From Cyanobacteria bacterium auto_48_18 (GTDB lineage: Bacteria; Cyanobacteriota; Vampirovibrionia; Obscuribacterales; Obscuribacteraceae), in the NCBI GenBank assembly GCA_036170915.1, contig JAVHQC010000033.1, forward strand, positions 265,889-329,888: a stretch of 64,000 bases of DNA. The letters run 5' to 3'. The position numbers were made by a program, and so were the translations under genes. How positions within the stretch are numbered: the stretch's first letter is position 1; each line of letters opens with the position of its first letter. Of this stretch, positions 10,680 through 20,228 are shown in pieces. The notes under the pieces are model-generated. The model saw nothing but the letters and a program-made list of their open reading frames with translations, made no database searches and had not been told where the DNA came from.

Positions 10680-10717
10680 AAAAGCAGAGCGCCAATTGAA
10701 TTGATTGGCGCTCTGTT
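10680..10717 (-). terminator. Intrinsic terminator downstream of the Spy/CpxP gene
   Basis: Stem CAGAGCGCCAAT/ATTGGCGCTCTG, followed by a T-run on the minus strand. Confidence 0.75.
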
Positions 10718-10774
10718 GCGTATCGAGTCAGTCAAAATCACTGAGTATCAAGGGCGCCTCGACACGACACTACA

Positions 10775-11308
10775 CTACGATTTTTGCATGCGTTTTTCAC
10801 CGCCATGCTTTTTGCCCCAGTTAGCCTGCATATCGCGCATCTGTTTACGTTGCTCGGGTGTGAGGTTTTCACTCATATCAATGCGGAATGCCAGCATGGA
10901 ATTGGCCATATCAGCAGACAAAGCATTGATTTTGTCTTGCTCTTGTTGCACTGCACTGCGATCGATTTTGTCGCTGCTGAGCAGTTCTCTGAGGGCCTTG
11001 CGATGGGTCATCAGTTCTTCTTTTTTCGGGCTGACTGATGCTTTGAATTTCGTCTTCAAAGAATCCATGGCAGTTTTTTGCTCTTCAGTCAGATTCAAGG
11101 CCTGCAAGCGGCTACCTTTCCCGGCACCGCCTTTATGACCGTGTCCGCCTTTCCAGCCGTGGCGTCTTCCACCACCACCCTGGCATTCTTTAGTCTCTGT
11201 TTGCACTTTGGTTTCAGCAATTGTGGTATCGCTGGCCTGAGCAAGTGCTGGCAAGAAGGCTGTAGCTAACGATAGGCACAGTGTGCTAAAGGCAATTGAT
11301 TTTTTCAT
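10775..11308 (-). CDS. Spy/CpxP family periplasmic chaperone
   Basis: Signal peptide, two LTxxQ motifs (LNLTEEQK, LTPEQRKQ), His/Gly-rich N-region. Confidence 0.88.
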   Translation of the reverse strand: MKKSIAFSTLCLSLATAFLPALAQASDTTIAETKVQTETKECQGGGGRRHGWKGGHGHKGGAGKGSRLQALNLTEEQKTAMDSLKTKFKASVSPKKEELMTHRKALRELLSSDKIDRSAVQQEQDKINALSADMANSMLAFRIDMSENLTPEQRKQMRDMQANWGKKHGGEKRMQKS

Positions 11309-11408
11309 TGCTTAAATTCCTTATTCTCTTTTACTTCGATTTTTGATTGCGCCCTCGCTTTTGCTTTCGATTGTTTTTTCAATCTTCAATTGCGAGGTAC
11401 ATTACTGT

Positions 11409-11435
11409 TAACGTAATTTGGCCGCAAAAAGTTCA
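11409..11435 (-). promoter_or_regulatory. Putative ECF sigma promoter for the Spy/CpxP gene
   Basis: Minus strand TGAACT-N16-CGTTA about 100 bp upstream of the start. Confidence 0.45.
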
Positions 11436-11586
11436 ATCAAAAGGCAAAAAGTTTTATTAACTCTTGACTAAACAGTTGAGCTTGATTCCAAATGCCTCAC
11501 GGTTTCTGTTTTGAGGGCAAATCACCTGCTTCTTCACTCTAGTGTGAGAGCATAAGCGTGACCGACCACGGCAGAGGCGGATAGAT

Positions 11587-11940
11587 ATGACCAACTTATT
11601 AAGGCTGCTTTATGGCGCAATCCTAATTATTATGATCGCCCTGGCAGTATGGGCGTCGTTGCAAGAAAGTATTCTGGCGATACCACCAGTAGTGACCCGT
11701 GATCCCTGGTTCATCGGCACACTGGCAGATTGCTATTTCTCGTCGGTCACATTTATTCTATGGGTCTGCTATCGCGAAGAAAGTTTGCCAGCAAGACTCT
11801 TCTGGTTCCTGGCAATCTCGACCACAGGTAATATTGCCATGGCCATCTATGTACTTATAGCCCTGATGCAGCTTAAGCCTGGTGAGAGCGCCGCCACCCT
11901 CTTTACCAGGCGTAAAAATGAAACAACTGAACCGGGTTAA
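11587..11940 (+). CDS. DUF1475 family small membrane protein
   Basis: 'PWFIGTLADCYFS...WVCYRE...GNIAMAIYVL' pattern, 3-4 TM. Confidence 0.8.
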   Translation: MTNLLRLLYGAILIIMIALAVWASLQESILAIPPVVTRDPWFIGTLADCYFSSVTFILWVCYREESLPARLFWFLAISTTGNIAMAIYVLIALMQLKPGESAATLFTRRKNETTEPG

Positions 11941-11958
11941 ACCAGATTCAGTTGCTTC
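11920..11958. terminator. Hairpin between the convergent DUF1475 gene and msrA
   Basis: GAAACAACTGAA ... TTCAGTTGCTTC inverted repeat. Confidence 0.5.
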
Positions 11959-11988
11959 AATTGATTTAGGGTCTTACTCAGAGACTAC

Positions 11989-12456
11989 TTAATGACAGAC
12001 ATTAATGCCGCGCTTTGACAGATATTTTTGATGATATTCTTCAGCATCATAAAATGGTTTAGCGGCTGTAATTTCAGTGACAATAGGATTTTGAAAAACC
12101 CCTTTTTTGTCTAGTTCGGCTTTGATTTCTGCTGCCAATTTTTCTTGCTCAGGCGAATGAAAATATACAGCTGAGCGGTACTGGCTGCCGTGGTCTGGGC
12201 CCTGACGGTTCAAAGTAGTTGGGTCATGCATTTCAAAAAACTTGTGCAAAAGTTCTTGATATGTAATCACCGCCGGATCAAAAATCACTTCTACAACTTC
12301 AGCATGGCCTGTGTTTTTACCGCAAACCTGCTCATAAGTCGGATTTTCAGTATGACCGCCGCTGTATCCCACTTTTGTTTCTGTGACGCCTTTGAGTTGA
12401 CGAAAGTTTTCTTCAACTCCCCAGAAACATCCGGCGCCGAAAGTAGCTTTTTCCAT
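11989..12456 (-). CDS. msrA: Peptide-methionine (S)-S-oxide reductase
   Basis: 'GAGCFWGVE', 'GYSGG', '[12 protein letters not shown]', 'AEEYHQKY'. Confidence 0.97.
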   Translation of the reverse strand: MEKATFGAGCFWGVEENFRQLKGVTETKVGYSGGHTENPTYEQVCGKNTGHAEVVEVIFDPAVITYQELLHKFFEMHDPTTLNRQGPDHGSQYRSAVYFHSPEQEKLAAEIKAELDKKGVFQNPIVTEITAAKPFYDAEEYHQKYLSKRGINVCH

Positions 12457-12470
12457 TGTGTACGACCTCC

Positions 12471-14417
12471 CTAAACTACTTCAGCATCAACTACATCATC
12501 GCCGGAGCTTGAGCTAGACCCAGAGCCGGTACTCGATGAACTTGAGCTGCCTGAACCACCTGATGCGGAAGCGCCGGCAGACGAACCACCAGCAGTGGCG
12601 CCAACAGGTTCTCTACTTTTTGCTTCGGCTTCTTGTTGAATCGCTACAAACAAATTGCGCAGTTCTTCAATCGCTTTTTTCAGTGAGTCATTGTCTACAT
12701 TGTCTTTGACTTTTTGACGCACGTCGGCAATCAGCTTGTTCGCTTTTTCTTTATTCTCATCGCTGTTGGCTGCGCCATTGTCGGCAATGTGTTTTTCAAC
12801 TGCATAAGTGAGAGCGTCAGCGTCGTTGCGCATCTCAGCTTTTTCTTTGAAAAGCTCGTCCTCTTTAACGTGCGACTCGGCTTCCTTGACCATGCGATCA
12901 ATATCTTCTTTTGTCAGGTTAGTGGTAGCAGTAATGGTGATTTTCTGCTCTTTGCCTGTGGTCTGATCTTTGGCAGTTACGGAGACAATACCGTTGGCGT
13001 CAATGTCGAATGAAACTTCGATTTTGGCTTGTCCTCGGCGACCGGGTGCAATGCCGTCGAGAATAAAATTACCGAGCATTTTATTGTCGCGAGCCATGGC
13101 GCGTTCGCCCTGGAAGACCTGTACATCAACGTTTGGTTGATTGTCTTCTGCGGTGGAGAATACTTGCGATTTGTGAGTTGGAATAGTGGTGTTTTTCTCT
13201 ACCAGTTTGGTGAAGACACCACCCATGGTTTCAATACCAAGTGACAACGGAGTGACGTCCAGCAAAACAATTTCTTTCACTTCGCCAGCCAGAACACCTG
13301 CTTGAACAGCAGCACCGATTGCCACCACTTCGTCAGGGTTTACACTCTGGTTTGGTTCTTTGCCACCAGTCAAACTCTTAACCAGATCTTTGACTGCCGG
13401 AATACGAGTAGAGCCGCCTACCAATACCACTTCTTCAATTTGTTCATAAGTCAGCTTCGCATCGGCCAGAGCTTGTTCCACTGGTTTCTTACAACGCTGC
13501 ACCAGATCTCTAGTGAGGTCGTTGAAGCGAGCGCGAGTCAACTTCATATCTAAGTGTTTTGGGCCGGTTTCGTTAGCGGTGACGAAAGGCAATGAAATTG
13601 AGGTTTCAGTCACTGACGATAGTTCGATTTTGGCTTTCTCAGCAGCTTCCATCAATCTTTGCAAAGCTTGGGGATCTTTGCGCAGATCAATTCCTTCAGC
13701 AGATTTGAATTCTGTCGCCAGCCATTCCACAACCATGTGGTCAAAATCGTCACCACCAAGGTGAGTGTCACCAGAGGTAGATTTAACTTCAAAAAGGCCG
13801 TCGCCTACTTCTAAAACTGAAACGTCGAATGTGCCACCACCCAAGTCGAAGACTAAAATGGTTTCATTCTTTTTGCGGTCTAAGCCGTAAGCCAGAGCCG
13901 CTGCGGTGGGTTCGTTGATGATGCGCAGCACTTCGAGGCCGGCGATTTGTCCGGCGTTTTTAGTCGCCTGACGCTGTGAATCGTTGAAGTATGCGGGCAC
14001 GGTAATCACTGCGCCGGTTACTTTTTCACCCAAATATTTTTCAGCATCTTCTTTCAATTTCCGCAAAATCATGGCTGAAATTTCTTCAGGGCTATAATCT
14101 TTTCCGCCCAACACAACTTTGCAGCCGCCTTCTGGGCCTTCTTTGACTTTGTATGAAATATTTTGCAACTCAGAGGCCACTTCAGAATAGTGTCTGCCCA
14201 TGAAGCGCTTGATTGAATAAACAGTGTTTTGCGGATTGACAACTGCCTGGCGACGGGCCAACTGCCCTACCAGCCTCTCTCCACCTTTGCTGATGGCAAC
14301 TACCGATGGGGTAGTGCGAGCTCCTTCAGTATTGGCTATCACGGTTGGCTGGCCGCCTTCCATAACCGCTACAACTGAGTTGGTGGTGCCTAAGTCGATT
14401 CCTACTGCCTTGCCCAT
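12471..14417 (-). CDS. dnaK: Chaperone DnaK (Hsp70)
   Basis: 'GIDLGTTNS', '[15 protein letters not shown]', '[10 protein letters not shown]', '[11 protein letters not shown]'. Confidence 0.98.
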   Translation of the reverse strand: MGKAVGIDLGTTNSVVAVMEGGQPTVIANTEGARTTPSVVAISKGGERLVGQLARRQAVVNPQNTVYSIKRFMGRHYSEVASELQNISYKVKEGPEGGCKVVLGGKDYSPEEISAMILRKLKEDAEKYLGEKVTGAVITVPAYFNDSQRQATKNAGQIAGLEVLRIINEPTAAALAYGLDRKKNETILVFDLGGGTFDVSVLEVGDGLFEVKSTSGDTHLGGDDFDHMVVEWLATEFKSAEGIDLRKDPQALQRLMEAAEKAKIELSSVTETSISLPFVTANETGPKHLDMKLTRARFNDLTRDLVQRCKKPVEQALADAKLTYEQIEEVVLVGGSTRIPAVKDLVKSLTGGKEPNQSVNPDEVVAIGAAVQAGVLAGEVKEIVLLDVTPLSLGIETMGGVFTKLVEKNTTIPTHKSQVFSTAEDNQPNVDVQVFQGERAMARDNKMLGNFILDGIAPGRRGQAKIEVSFDIDANGIVSVTAKDQTTGKEQKITITATTNLTKEDIDRMVKEAESHVKEDELFKEKAEMRNDADALTYAVEKHIADNGAANSDENKEKANKLIADVRQKVKDNVDNDSLKKAIEELRNLFVAIQQEAEAKSREPVGATAGGSSAGASASGGSGSSSSSSTGSGSSSSSGDDVVDAEVV

Positions 14418-14565
14418 AGCTCTTAACTCCGTTGTTGACCCTAATTCTCAAAAGTTCGCCGCTCCCAGGTAAAACCGGGAGCCTCTAATGTCAGACTATT
14501 GAACTGGCAGCTCAATGTGCCAAAACTCTAGTTTTCTTTAATCATCTTTCGCAGTATTAAACCGG

Positions 14566-15765
14566 TTGAGTAGAATTGGCACTCAGCTCTGCGACAATGA
14601 AGAAATGGGAAACTCTGGATTTAATAAACTGCAGATAGTGCTAATGATGAGCCTTCTGGCCGTTTTGTGGCTGGCGAGCGGCGGTGCCGCCGAGGCAGCG
14701 TCAAAATTGCCGCCAAAAAAGACAATCATCGATGATCCGTCAGCGAAGCCGGTGCAGCCTGCTTCAGGCGGAAAAGTGATCACTGATCCCACCACTCAAG
14801 TTGTGCTGGCGCCTGGTCTAGAAGTCACTTTCCATATATTTGACGGCCTCGACACTCAGTGGCGTCTCGTTGGTAACTACGATTTTGTCGCGCGTATAGA
14901 AGAAGCCGGCCGCGACGGCTTCATTTACGAATGGCAGATGGGTGATCCGGCCGACGCATCTGGCTCGAGGCGGGTAGAGCCGGGTGATGTGCATCAGTCG
15001 CGTAAAGTCAGTCTCTTTTACCCGAAGCACGAGACCACTACTCTGGTGGGTTACACCAATGCCATCAGAATCTCTGACGCACTCTTCAAAGATCTGAAAG
15101 CAGGCAGACGTTCTGAGTTTTCGCTGGACGGTCCCGAAAGCGTCATGGTTTTGCATCAAGAGTCAGTGCCTGTGCCTCGATACATCAAAGGTGATGGGGA
15201 AGAAACCATCAATATGCGCATTGATGGCAAAGACGAACCGGTGCGCTGCATCAAGGCCACTTGCGACAATGGTTGGAATTATTGGGTGCTGGATAATCCC
15301 CGCTTTCCATTGATGGTGCAGGGTAATGCGCCTTTTCGCTGGGTCACTTCACTCAGTCACGCTTATGGTGAAAGCGACGCCACCAAAGAGGCGAAGCATA
15401 TTTTTGATCAGCTCAAAGACGGTGGTGTAGCCACTTCTTATTTGATTTTGTTCGATTTTGATTCGGCGCAACTGCGCGATTCTTCCAAAGCAATTTTGCG
15501 CTCGCTCAGTCACTATATTGCTGGTGAGCCTAAGCTTAAATTGCAGGTAGAAGGCCATACATGCACCATTGGCAGCTACAACTACAATATGAACCTGTCG
15601 CAGAAACGGGCCGAATCTGTCACCCGCTTCTTGGTGCAGAATTGCGGTATTGCGCCAGGCCGCCTCAAGTCTGTGGGCTTCGGCTTTACTAAACCGGAAA
15701 AGCCAAATACCAACGAAGCTAACCGCGCCAGAAACCGCCGGGTAATTTTCAGACAGTTTAACTAG
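14566..15765 (+). CDS. Secreted protein with a C-terminal OmpA-like peptidoglycan-binding domain (likely start ATG 14605)
   Basis: 'ILFDFDSAQL', 'VEGHTC', 'NLSQKRAESV', 'RARNRRV', N-terminal signal. Confidence 0.85.
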   Translation: MSRIGTQLCDNEEMGNSGFNKLQIVLMMSLLAVLWLASGGAAEAASKLPPKKTIIDDPSAKPVQPASGGKVITDPTTQVVLAPGLEVTFHIFDGLDTQWRLVGNYDFVARIEEAGRDGFIYEWQMGDPADASGSRRVEPGDVHQSRKVSLFYPKHETTTLVGYTNAIRISDALFKDLKAGRRSEFSLDGPESVMVLHQESVPVPRYIKGDGEETINMRIDGKDEPVRCIKATCDNGWNYWVLDNPRFPLMVQGNAPFRWVTSLSHAYGESDATKEAKHIFDQLKDGGVATSYLILFDFDSAQLRDSSKAILRSLSHYIAGEPKLKLQVEGHTCTIGSYNYNMNLSQKRAESVTRFLVQNCGIAPGRLKSVGFGFTKPEKPNTNEANRARNRRVIFRQFN

Positions 15766-15867
15766 TCACTTTTATTGGGCATGTTTTGGTAACTACGTAG
15801 TTTCCCCACTGACGTTGCTCAAGGTCGCCCTTACTATGTCTTTAACGACTTATATATAAGGTTTCTG

Positions 15868-17568
15868 ATGCCTCTCGACTCGCTTCAACCTGAATCTAAG
15901 AACTTCGAAGGGGTCAAGCCGGTGGGCGCTACCAGCCAGGCTGAGGGCGATTCACTCAGTAACAAGGTGATGCGTGAATTAGACTTGCTCGCTGGAGCCG
16001 GATCTGGTTTCGTGCAGGAAGCCAAACGCGCGGCAGAGAATCCTGGTGAAACTAGCTTGAAAGTAGCTGGTTCAGCTGCTCTTGGTTTTGGGCTGGCGGT
16101 GGTCACTCGCAAACCAGGCATGATTGGTTTGGCTGCTAAAAGTTTTGGCATCGCTGGTGGAGTGGCATTTGGTGCCGAGGTGCTTACTCACGGTGCTGAT
16201 GTCAGTCAAGCCGTTCGTTCCAGCTGGCAATCAGGTGCTCAGCAGGAAGCAAACAAGAAAATCGTAGGCAGTTCTGCCGGCGCATTTCTCTTTGACACCA
16301 CTTTAATGGGTGTGGCGGGAAGTGCCGGGGCAATCGGCTCGCGCTCATACTTTGTGCGCCAGGCCAATGCCAAAGTGGATATTCCAGTGATGGCACTTGG
16401 TGAAGAAGCTGCCATCGGTAACAGATTAACCGTGCCCAAACACAGTGATGTGGCCAAGCTTTACTCTGATATGTCAGGCAGAATTGGTCGTGTTGAGTCC
16501 ATGTCCTTAAATTATGACGGTCCATCTGGTAAATTCGGCACCGCATTTTCTATTGGCAAAGATGGCAAGATGGTCACCAATAGTCACGTCGTTAAAGACG
16601 CAGTTGAGGTGACTGTTTTCGATCGCTTCGGCCAGGGCCACAGAGCTGACGTTGTTAAGGCCAACGATTTTGAAGATCTGGCACTGCTGCAGTTGAAAGA
16701 TCCAAAAGCTGCTACTAACTTTGAGGCTGTTCGAATTGGCAGCTCAGATGTAGTCAAGCAAAATGTCGCCGGCGAAGCGCTTTACACAGTTGGTTTTCCT
16801 AATGGCTGGCAGAAACCATTTTTATCTCCCGGCGCGACGATGAAGTTACCTCGAGTTGATCCGCTTAGTCCGCGCGTCGGCATACACTCTGAAACTGGTA
16901 ATTCTGGTGGTCCAATTATTGATGCCAAAGGCAATCTGGTTGGTGTGCTCAAGCAAGCTGAGCGATCAAATTCGAATGTTACTTATATGACTCCAGCTGA
17001 GCGAGTCACTGCCCTGATTTCAGACACTAAAGGCATAATTAAGCCACCTGAGCAGATATCACCTGTGGTGACAAAGCAACGTTACGATATTACCGATGGT
17101 GAAGCGGCGGCTAAAAATGTTGAGAAAATTTTTCCTCTAGAAAAGCGAGTTGGTGGCACGGATCAATTTTTCCACTCTAGAATCACGCGCGTTTTAGTGC
17201 CCGGCAAAACAAACCTTGAAGAACTTATGCTGCGCAGCCAGTATCAACCTCACAACCGCACCATTGTTGTTGAACCTTTTGCGCTTAACGGCAAACCACT
17301 GGCCACAGACGTGGTCTGGCCTGGTACTAAAGTTCCAATCAGTTCGGGCAAGTTGACTTTAAGCCTCGATCGCAATCAAGTGCCTACTTCCATGGAAGCG
17401 ATTAACGATCCTAAAATGTTTTTGCGCAGAGCCTTTGATTTCAAAAGCAGCGGAAATTATCTGGCTGGTCTAGAGCCCAGTGCACGTCCTGCTACGGCCG
17501 GCTCGCTCATGCAAAAATCGAAGGACCGCATACTGCAGTGGTTGGAAGGCAGCGTTTACACCCGCTAA
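15868..17568 (+). CDS. Trypsin-like (S1) serine protease with a Gly/Ala-rich hydrophobic N-terminal region
   Basis: Triad motifs 'TNSHVV', 'DLALL', 'GNSGGP'; no PDZ domain recognised. Confidence 0.85.
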   Translation: MPLDSLQPESKNFEGVKPVGATSQAEGDSLSNKVMRELDLLAGAGSGFVQEAKRAAENPGETSLKVAGSAALGFGLAVVTRKPGMIGLAAKSFGIAGGVAFGAEVLTHGADVSQAVRSSWQSGAQQEANKKIVGSSAGAFLFDTTLMGVAGSAGAIGSRSYFVRQANAKVDIPVMALGEEAAIGNRLTVPKHSDVAKLYSDMSGRIGRVESMSLNYDGPSGKFGTAFSIGKDGKMVTNSHVVKDAVEVTVFDRFGQGHRADVVKANDFEDLALLQLKDPKAATNFEAVRIGSSDVVKQNVAGEALYTVGFPNGWQKPFLSPGATMKLPRVDPLSPRVGIHSETGNSGGPIIDAKGNLVGVLKQAERSNSNVTYMTPAERVTALISDTKGIIKPPEQISPVVTKQRYDITDGEAAAKNVEKIFPLEKRVGGTDQFFHSRITRVLVPGKTNLEELMLRSQYQPHNRTIVVEPFALNGKPLATDVVWPGTKVPISSGKLTLSLDRNQVPTSMEAINDPKMFLRRAFDFKSSGNYLAGLEPSARPATAGSLMQKSKDRILQWLEGSVYTR

Positions 17569-17582
17569 TTGTTTTTTGCAAA

Positions 17583-18431
17583 TTATAGCTGAGCGCGCAC
17601 GATCGTCCAGGCTCTTTCAAACAAGCGCTCTTGCAGGTCTTCTTGCCTTATCAGCACCAGTGTTTCACTGACCGGATGCGCACTGCCAAACAGCATCTTC
17701 TCATCGATGCGCGCAAGCAGTAACCATTCTTTAGCGTCTGAAAGCAAATGCGAGTAGTGTGGATCGGCAGCGCGAGCACTGTTGTACGAAATGCCGTTGA
17801 AGGCAAAAGCGCAAGTTTCTTGCAATTGCCTGAAGTCTGCCACATTACTGCCGAATAATTGGGCTGGACATTTCGACAGCGAATTGAATGCTTTAATCCA
17901 GTTATCCACTTCTTTTTGCAAATCGAAAGGCATGTTTAAGCTTGATTTGAGTTCGCTTGCGCTATTGCTTATGGTCCAGGTTAAGCCAGCCTCGAAAGCA
18001 TATGGCTCCAGTTGAAGATTGTCAGGGTGAGCTGTGCGCACCGCACTTTTGCGATCACTCTCTTTGATGTAGCTGACGGAGAAACCTTTGCGATCTTTAC
18101 TGTTTAAAGTTGCTGCTGCAGCTGAGCGAAAAATTGTAATCAATCCGTCTTTTGGCGCTCGTTCGTGCACCTCCGGCACAGCCGCAAGGTCAAACTGTGC
18201 CAGAAAGATCATGGGCTGATTGTAGCGGTCGTCAGGCCACTGAAAAAACGAGGGAAGTAACGGTTCGCCACCAATTGTGCCCTGGGTAAAATCTTCTGTC
18301 TCTTTGGTGCAAACAAGCCCCAGAGTTTTTACTCTACTGGCCGAAATATACTGGCGAATTTGATCCGCTTCGTTTTCAGGAAGACGTGATGTAATTTTGA
18401 CCAGGCTTTCGGCCAGTTCTTCAACGTTCAT
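17583..18431 (-). CDS. DUF1963/YwqG-like protein
   Basis: 'IGGEPLLPSFFQWP...PMIFLAQFDL...PKDGLI' and 'WLLLARID...IRQEDLQERLFERAW'; ATG 18431 preferred to avoid overlap with the divergent gene. Confidence 0.75.
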   Translation of the reverse strand: MNVEELAESLVKITSRLPENEADQIRQYISASRVKTLGLVCTKETEDFTQGTIGGEPLLPSFFQWPDDRYNQPMIFLAQFDLAAVPEVHERAPKDGLITIFRSAAAATLNSKDRKGFSVSYIKESDRKSAVRTAHPDNLQLEPYAFEAGLTWTISNSASELKSSLNMPFDLQKEVDNWIKAFNSLSKCPAQLFGSNVADFRQLQETCAFAFNGISYNSARAADPHYSHLLSDAKEWLLLARIDEKMLFGSAHPVSETLVLIRQEDLQERLFERAWTIVRAQL

Positions 18432-18496
18432 CTCAAGACGCCTTCTGCTACCATTGATATCATCATGTCTATTTAAGCAATAACCAAGGGTCCACA

Positions 18497-19015
18497 ATGT
18501 TAGATAAACTCATTTCTATAACAAATTTCAATGGCGCTGCTTCAGCACTAGCCATCATAATTTTCTTTGCCAGCATCTCGGCCGCACACGCTGTGCCTGC
18601 TTCGACTTTAAAAAATGCTGCCACAAATTCGGCCAAGACCAAAACTATGCCTGCCAAAGTTGAAGCTGCAACTGCGCCAGTCAAGGCCGCAGGCACAGTT
18701 GAAGCGCCTAACTCAATGACGTGGACAGGCTATCTGGTTGACCGCTCATGCGCTGCTGCCATTCAAGGTGACAAGAAAGATGCCATGAAAAGTGTTAAAG
18801 AGCACACAAAAGCTTGCTCTCTAGAACCTTCTTGTTGTGAAGCGGGCTTTTCAATTTACAGTCAGGGCGCGTGGCTTGATCTTGACAATGGCAGCTCCCA
18901 GATGGCCAAGAAAATAATGCAGGCAACCAAGCGTGATAAAGCTCACGTTGTCAAAGTAGTGGGAATTATCAAACGCGGTGAAGTCAGAGCATCGAGCATC
19001 GTTGAAGTAAATTAG
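18497..19015 (+). CDS. Secreted hypothetical protein with a Cys/His motif
   Basis: Signal peptide, Ala/Lys linker, 'WTGYLVDRSC...HTKACSLEPSCCEAGF'. Confidence 0.7.
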   Translation: MLDKLISITNFNGAASALAIIIFFASISAAHAVPASTLKNAATNSAKTKTMPAKVEAATAPVKAAGTVEAPNSMTWTGYLVDRSCAAAIQGDKKDAMKSVKEHTKACSLEPSCCEAGFSIYSQGAWLDLDNGSSQMAKKIMQATKRDKAHVVKVVGIIKRGEVRASSIVEVN

Positions 19016-19034
19016 CTTAGCGGCGGCATTTTGA

Positions 19035-20228
19035 TTAGCTGCTTGTTTTTTCACTTTCACCACGGATGGTGACAATACCCTGGCCTGCCGCCCAGGCCGA
19101 TACATCACCTTTGTTGATGGCGACAGCCATTAATTCAGGAAATTTATCGGGTGTACATGCAAAAGCGGGTATACCCATTTGACAAAATTGTGCCGCGTGA
19201 TGGTGATCAAAGGCCGGCGCGCCCTGATCGTTCAAGGCCAGCAGAGCCACGACTTTTACACCGGCGTTGACCAGGGCGTAAACGCGCTTCAGCATTTCTT
19301 GGGCATTGCCGCCTTCAAAAAGATCGCTGATTAAAATCAAGACCGTATCTGTTGGTCTGCGCACAAGAGTTTGTGCGTAAGCCACCGCCCGGTTAATATC
19401 GGTGCCACCACCCAGTTGCGTGCCAAAAATTACTTCTACAGGGTCGGCCAGTTTTTCGGTTAAATCTACAACTGAGGTATCAAAGACAACCATTTTGGTG
19501 GAAAGTGCCGGAAGCGAGGCCAGGACGGCCGCAAAAATACTTGAGTAAACAACTGAAGTGGCCATAGAACCACTTTGATCTACAAGCAAAATTATGTCTT
19601 TCAGGCTTGAGCGCTTATGACCATAGCCGACTAATCTTTGTGGAATGATCGTTTTTAGATTGGGCTGATAGTGTTTTAAATTGATTTGAATTGTTCTCGA
19701 CCAGTTAATTTCATTGTGTCTGGGGCGGAAATTTTTCATAGATCGATTGACTGCGCCCATAATCGATTGCCTGGTAGGATTGGCCAGCCGAGCCATTAAT
19801 TGGTCGACCACTTGCCGTACCACCATGCGCGCTGTCTCTTTCGTTTTGTTGGGCATGGCTGAACCGAGGGCAGCAAGCGTCGCCACTAAGTTGACATCAG
19901 GCACCATCGACGACAATAGCTCTGGTTCAAGCAGCATGCGTTTAAGATTGAGTTTTTCCAGGGCGTCTTTTTGCATTATGGTGACAACAGACGAGGGGAA
20001 ATATTTGCGAATGTCTCCTAGCCAGCGTGCCACTTTAGGGCTCGAGCTGCCGAGATCGGCGCCTCTTTCTCCGCCGTCATCTTCGCGCGGATTGTAGAGT
20101 GCCGACAAAGTCGCATCAATGGCGGCATCGTCACCGGCTAGGCTGTGTTGCATTCCTTCTTTATCCTGGCTACCGAGCAGCAGTCTCCAGCGTCTCAGCC
20201 TTTCTTCCAGTTCAGCCTGGTCGCTCAT
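19035..20228 (-). CDS. VWA domain protein (CoxE/YehP-like)
   Basis: 'ERLRRWRLLLG', MIDAS 'VDQSGSM', 'LGGGTDINRA', 'LISDLFEGG'. Confidence 0.9.
   Translation of the reverse strand: MSDQAELEERLRRWRLLLGSQDKEGMQHSLAGDDAAIDATLSALYNPREDDGGERGADLGSSSPKVARWLGDIRKYFPSSVVTIMQKDALEKLNLKRMLLEPELLSSMVPDVNLVATLAALGSAMPNKTKETARMVVRQVVDQLMARLANPTRQSIMGAVNRSMKNFRPRHNEINWSRTIQINLKHYQPNLKTIIPQRLVGYGHKRSSLKDIILLVDQSGSMATSVVYSSIFAAVLASLPALSTKMVVFDTSVVDLTEKLADPVEVIFGTQLGGGTDINRAVAYAQTLVRRPTDTVLILISDLFEGGNAQEMLKRVYALVNAGVKVVALLALNDQGAPAFDHHHAAQFCQMGIPAFACTPDKFPELMAVAINKGDVSAWAAGQGIVTIRGESEKTSS

Noticed and set aside
10701..11138. 145-aa plus-strand ORF, and similar antisense ORFs within czcA, dnaK and the MoxR operon
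   Set aside because: Antisense shadows of well-supported genes, with no independent coding signal.
14495..14600. CIRCE or sigma54 promoter upstream of dnaK
   Set aside because: Only a half-site (TTGGCACTC) without the GAGTGCTAA arm, and the TGGCAC..TGC spacing is one base off the -24/-12 consensus. A TGGCA-N8-TGCCA dyad is present but unassigned.
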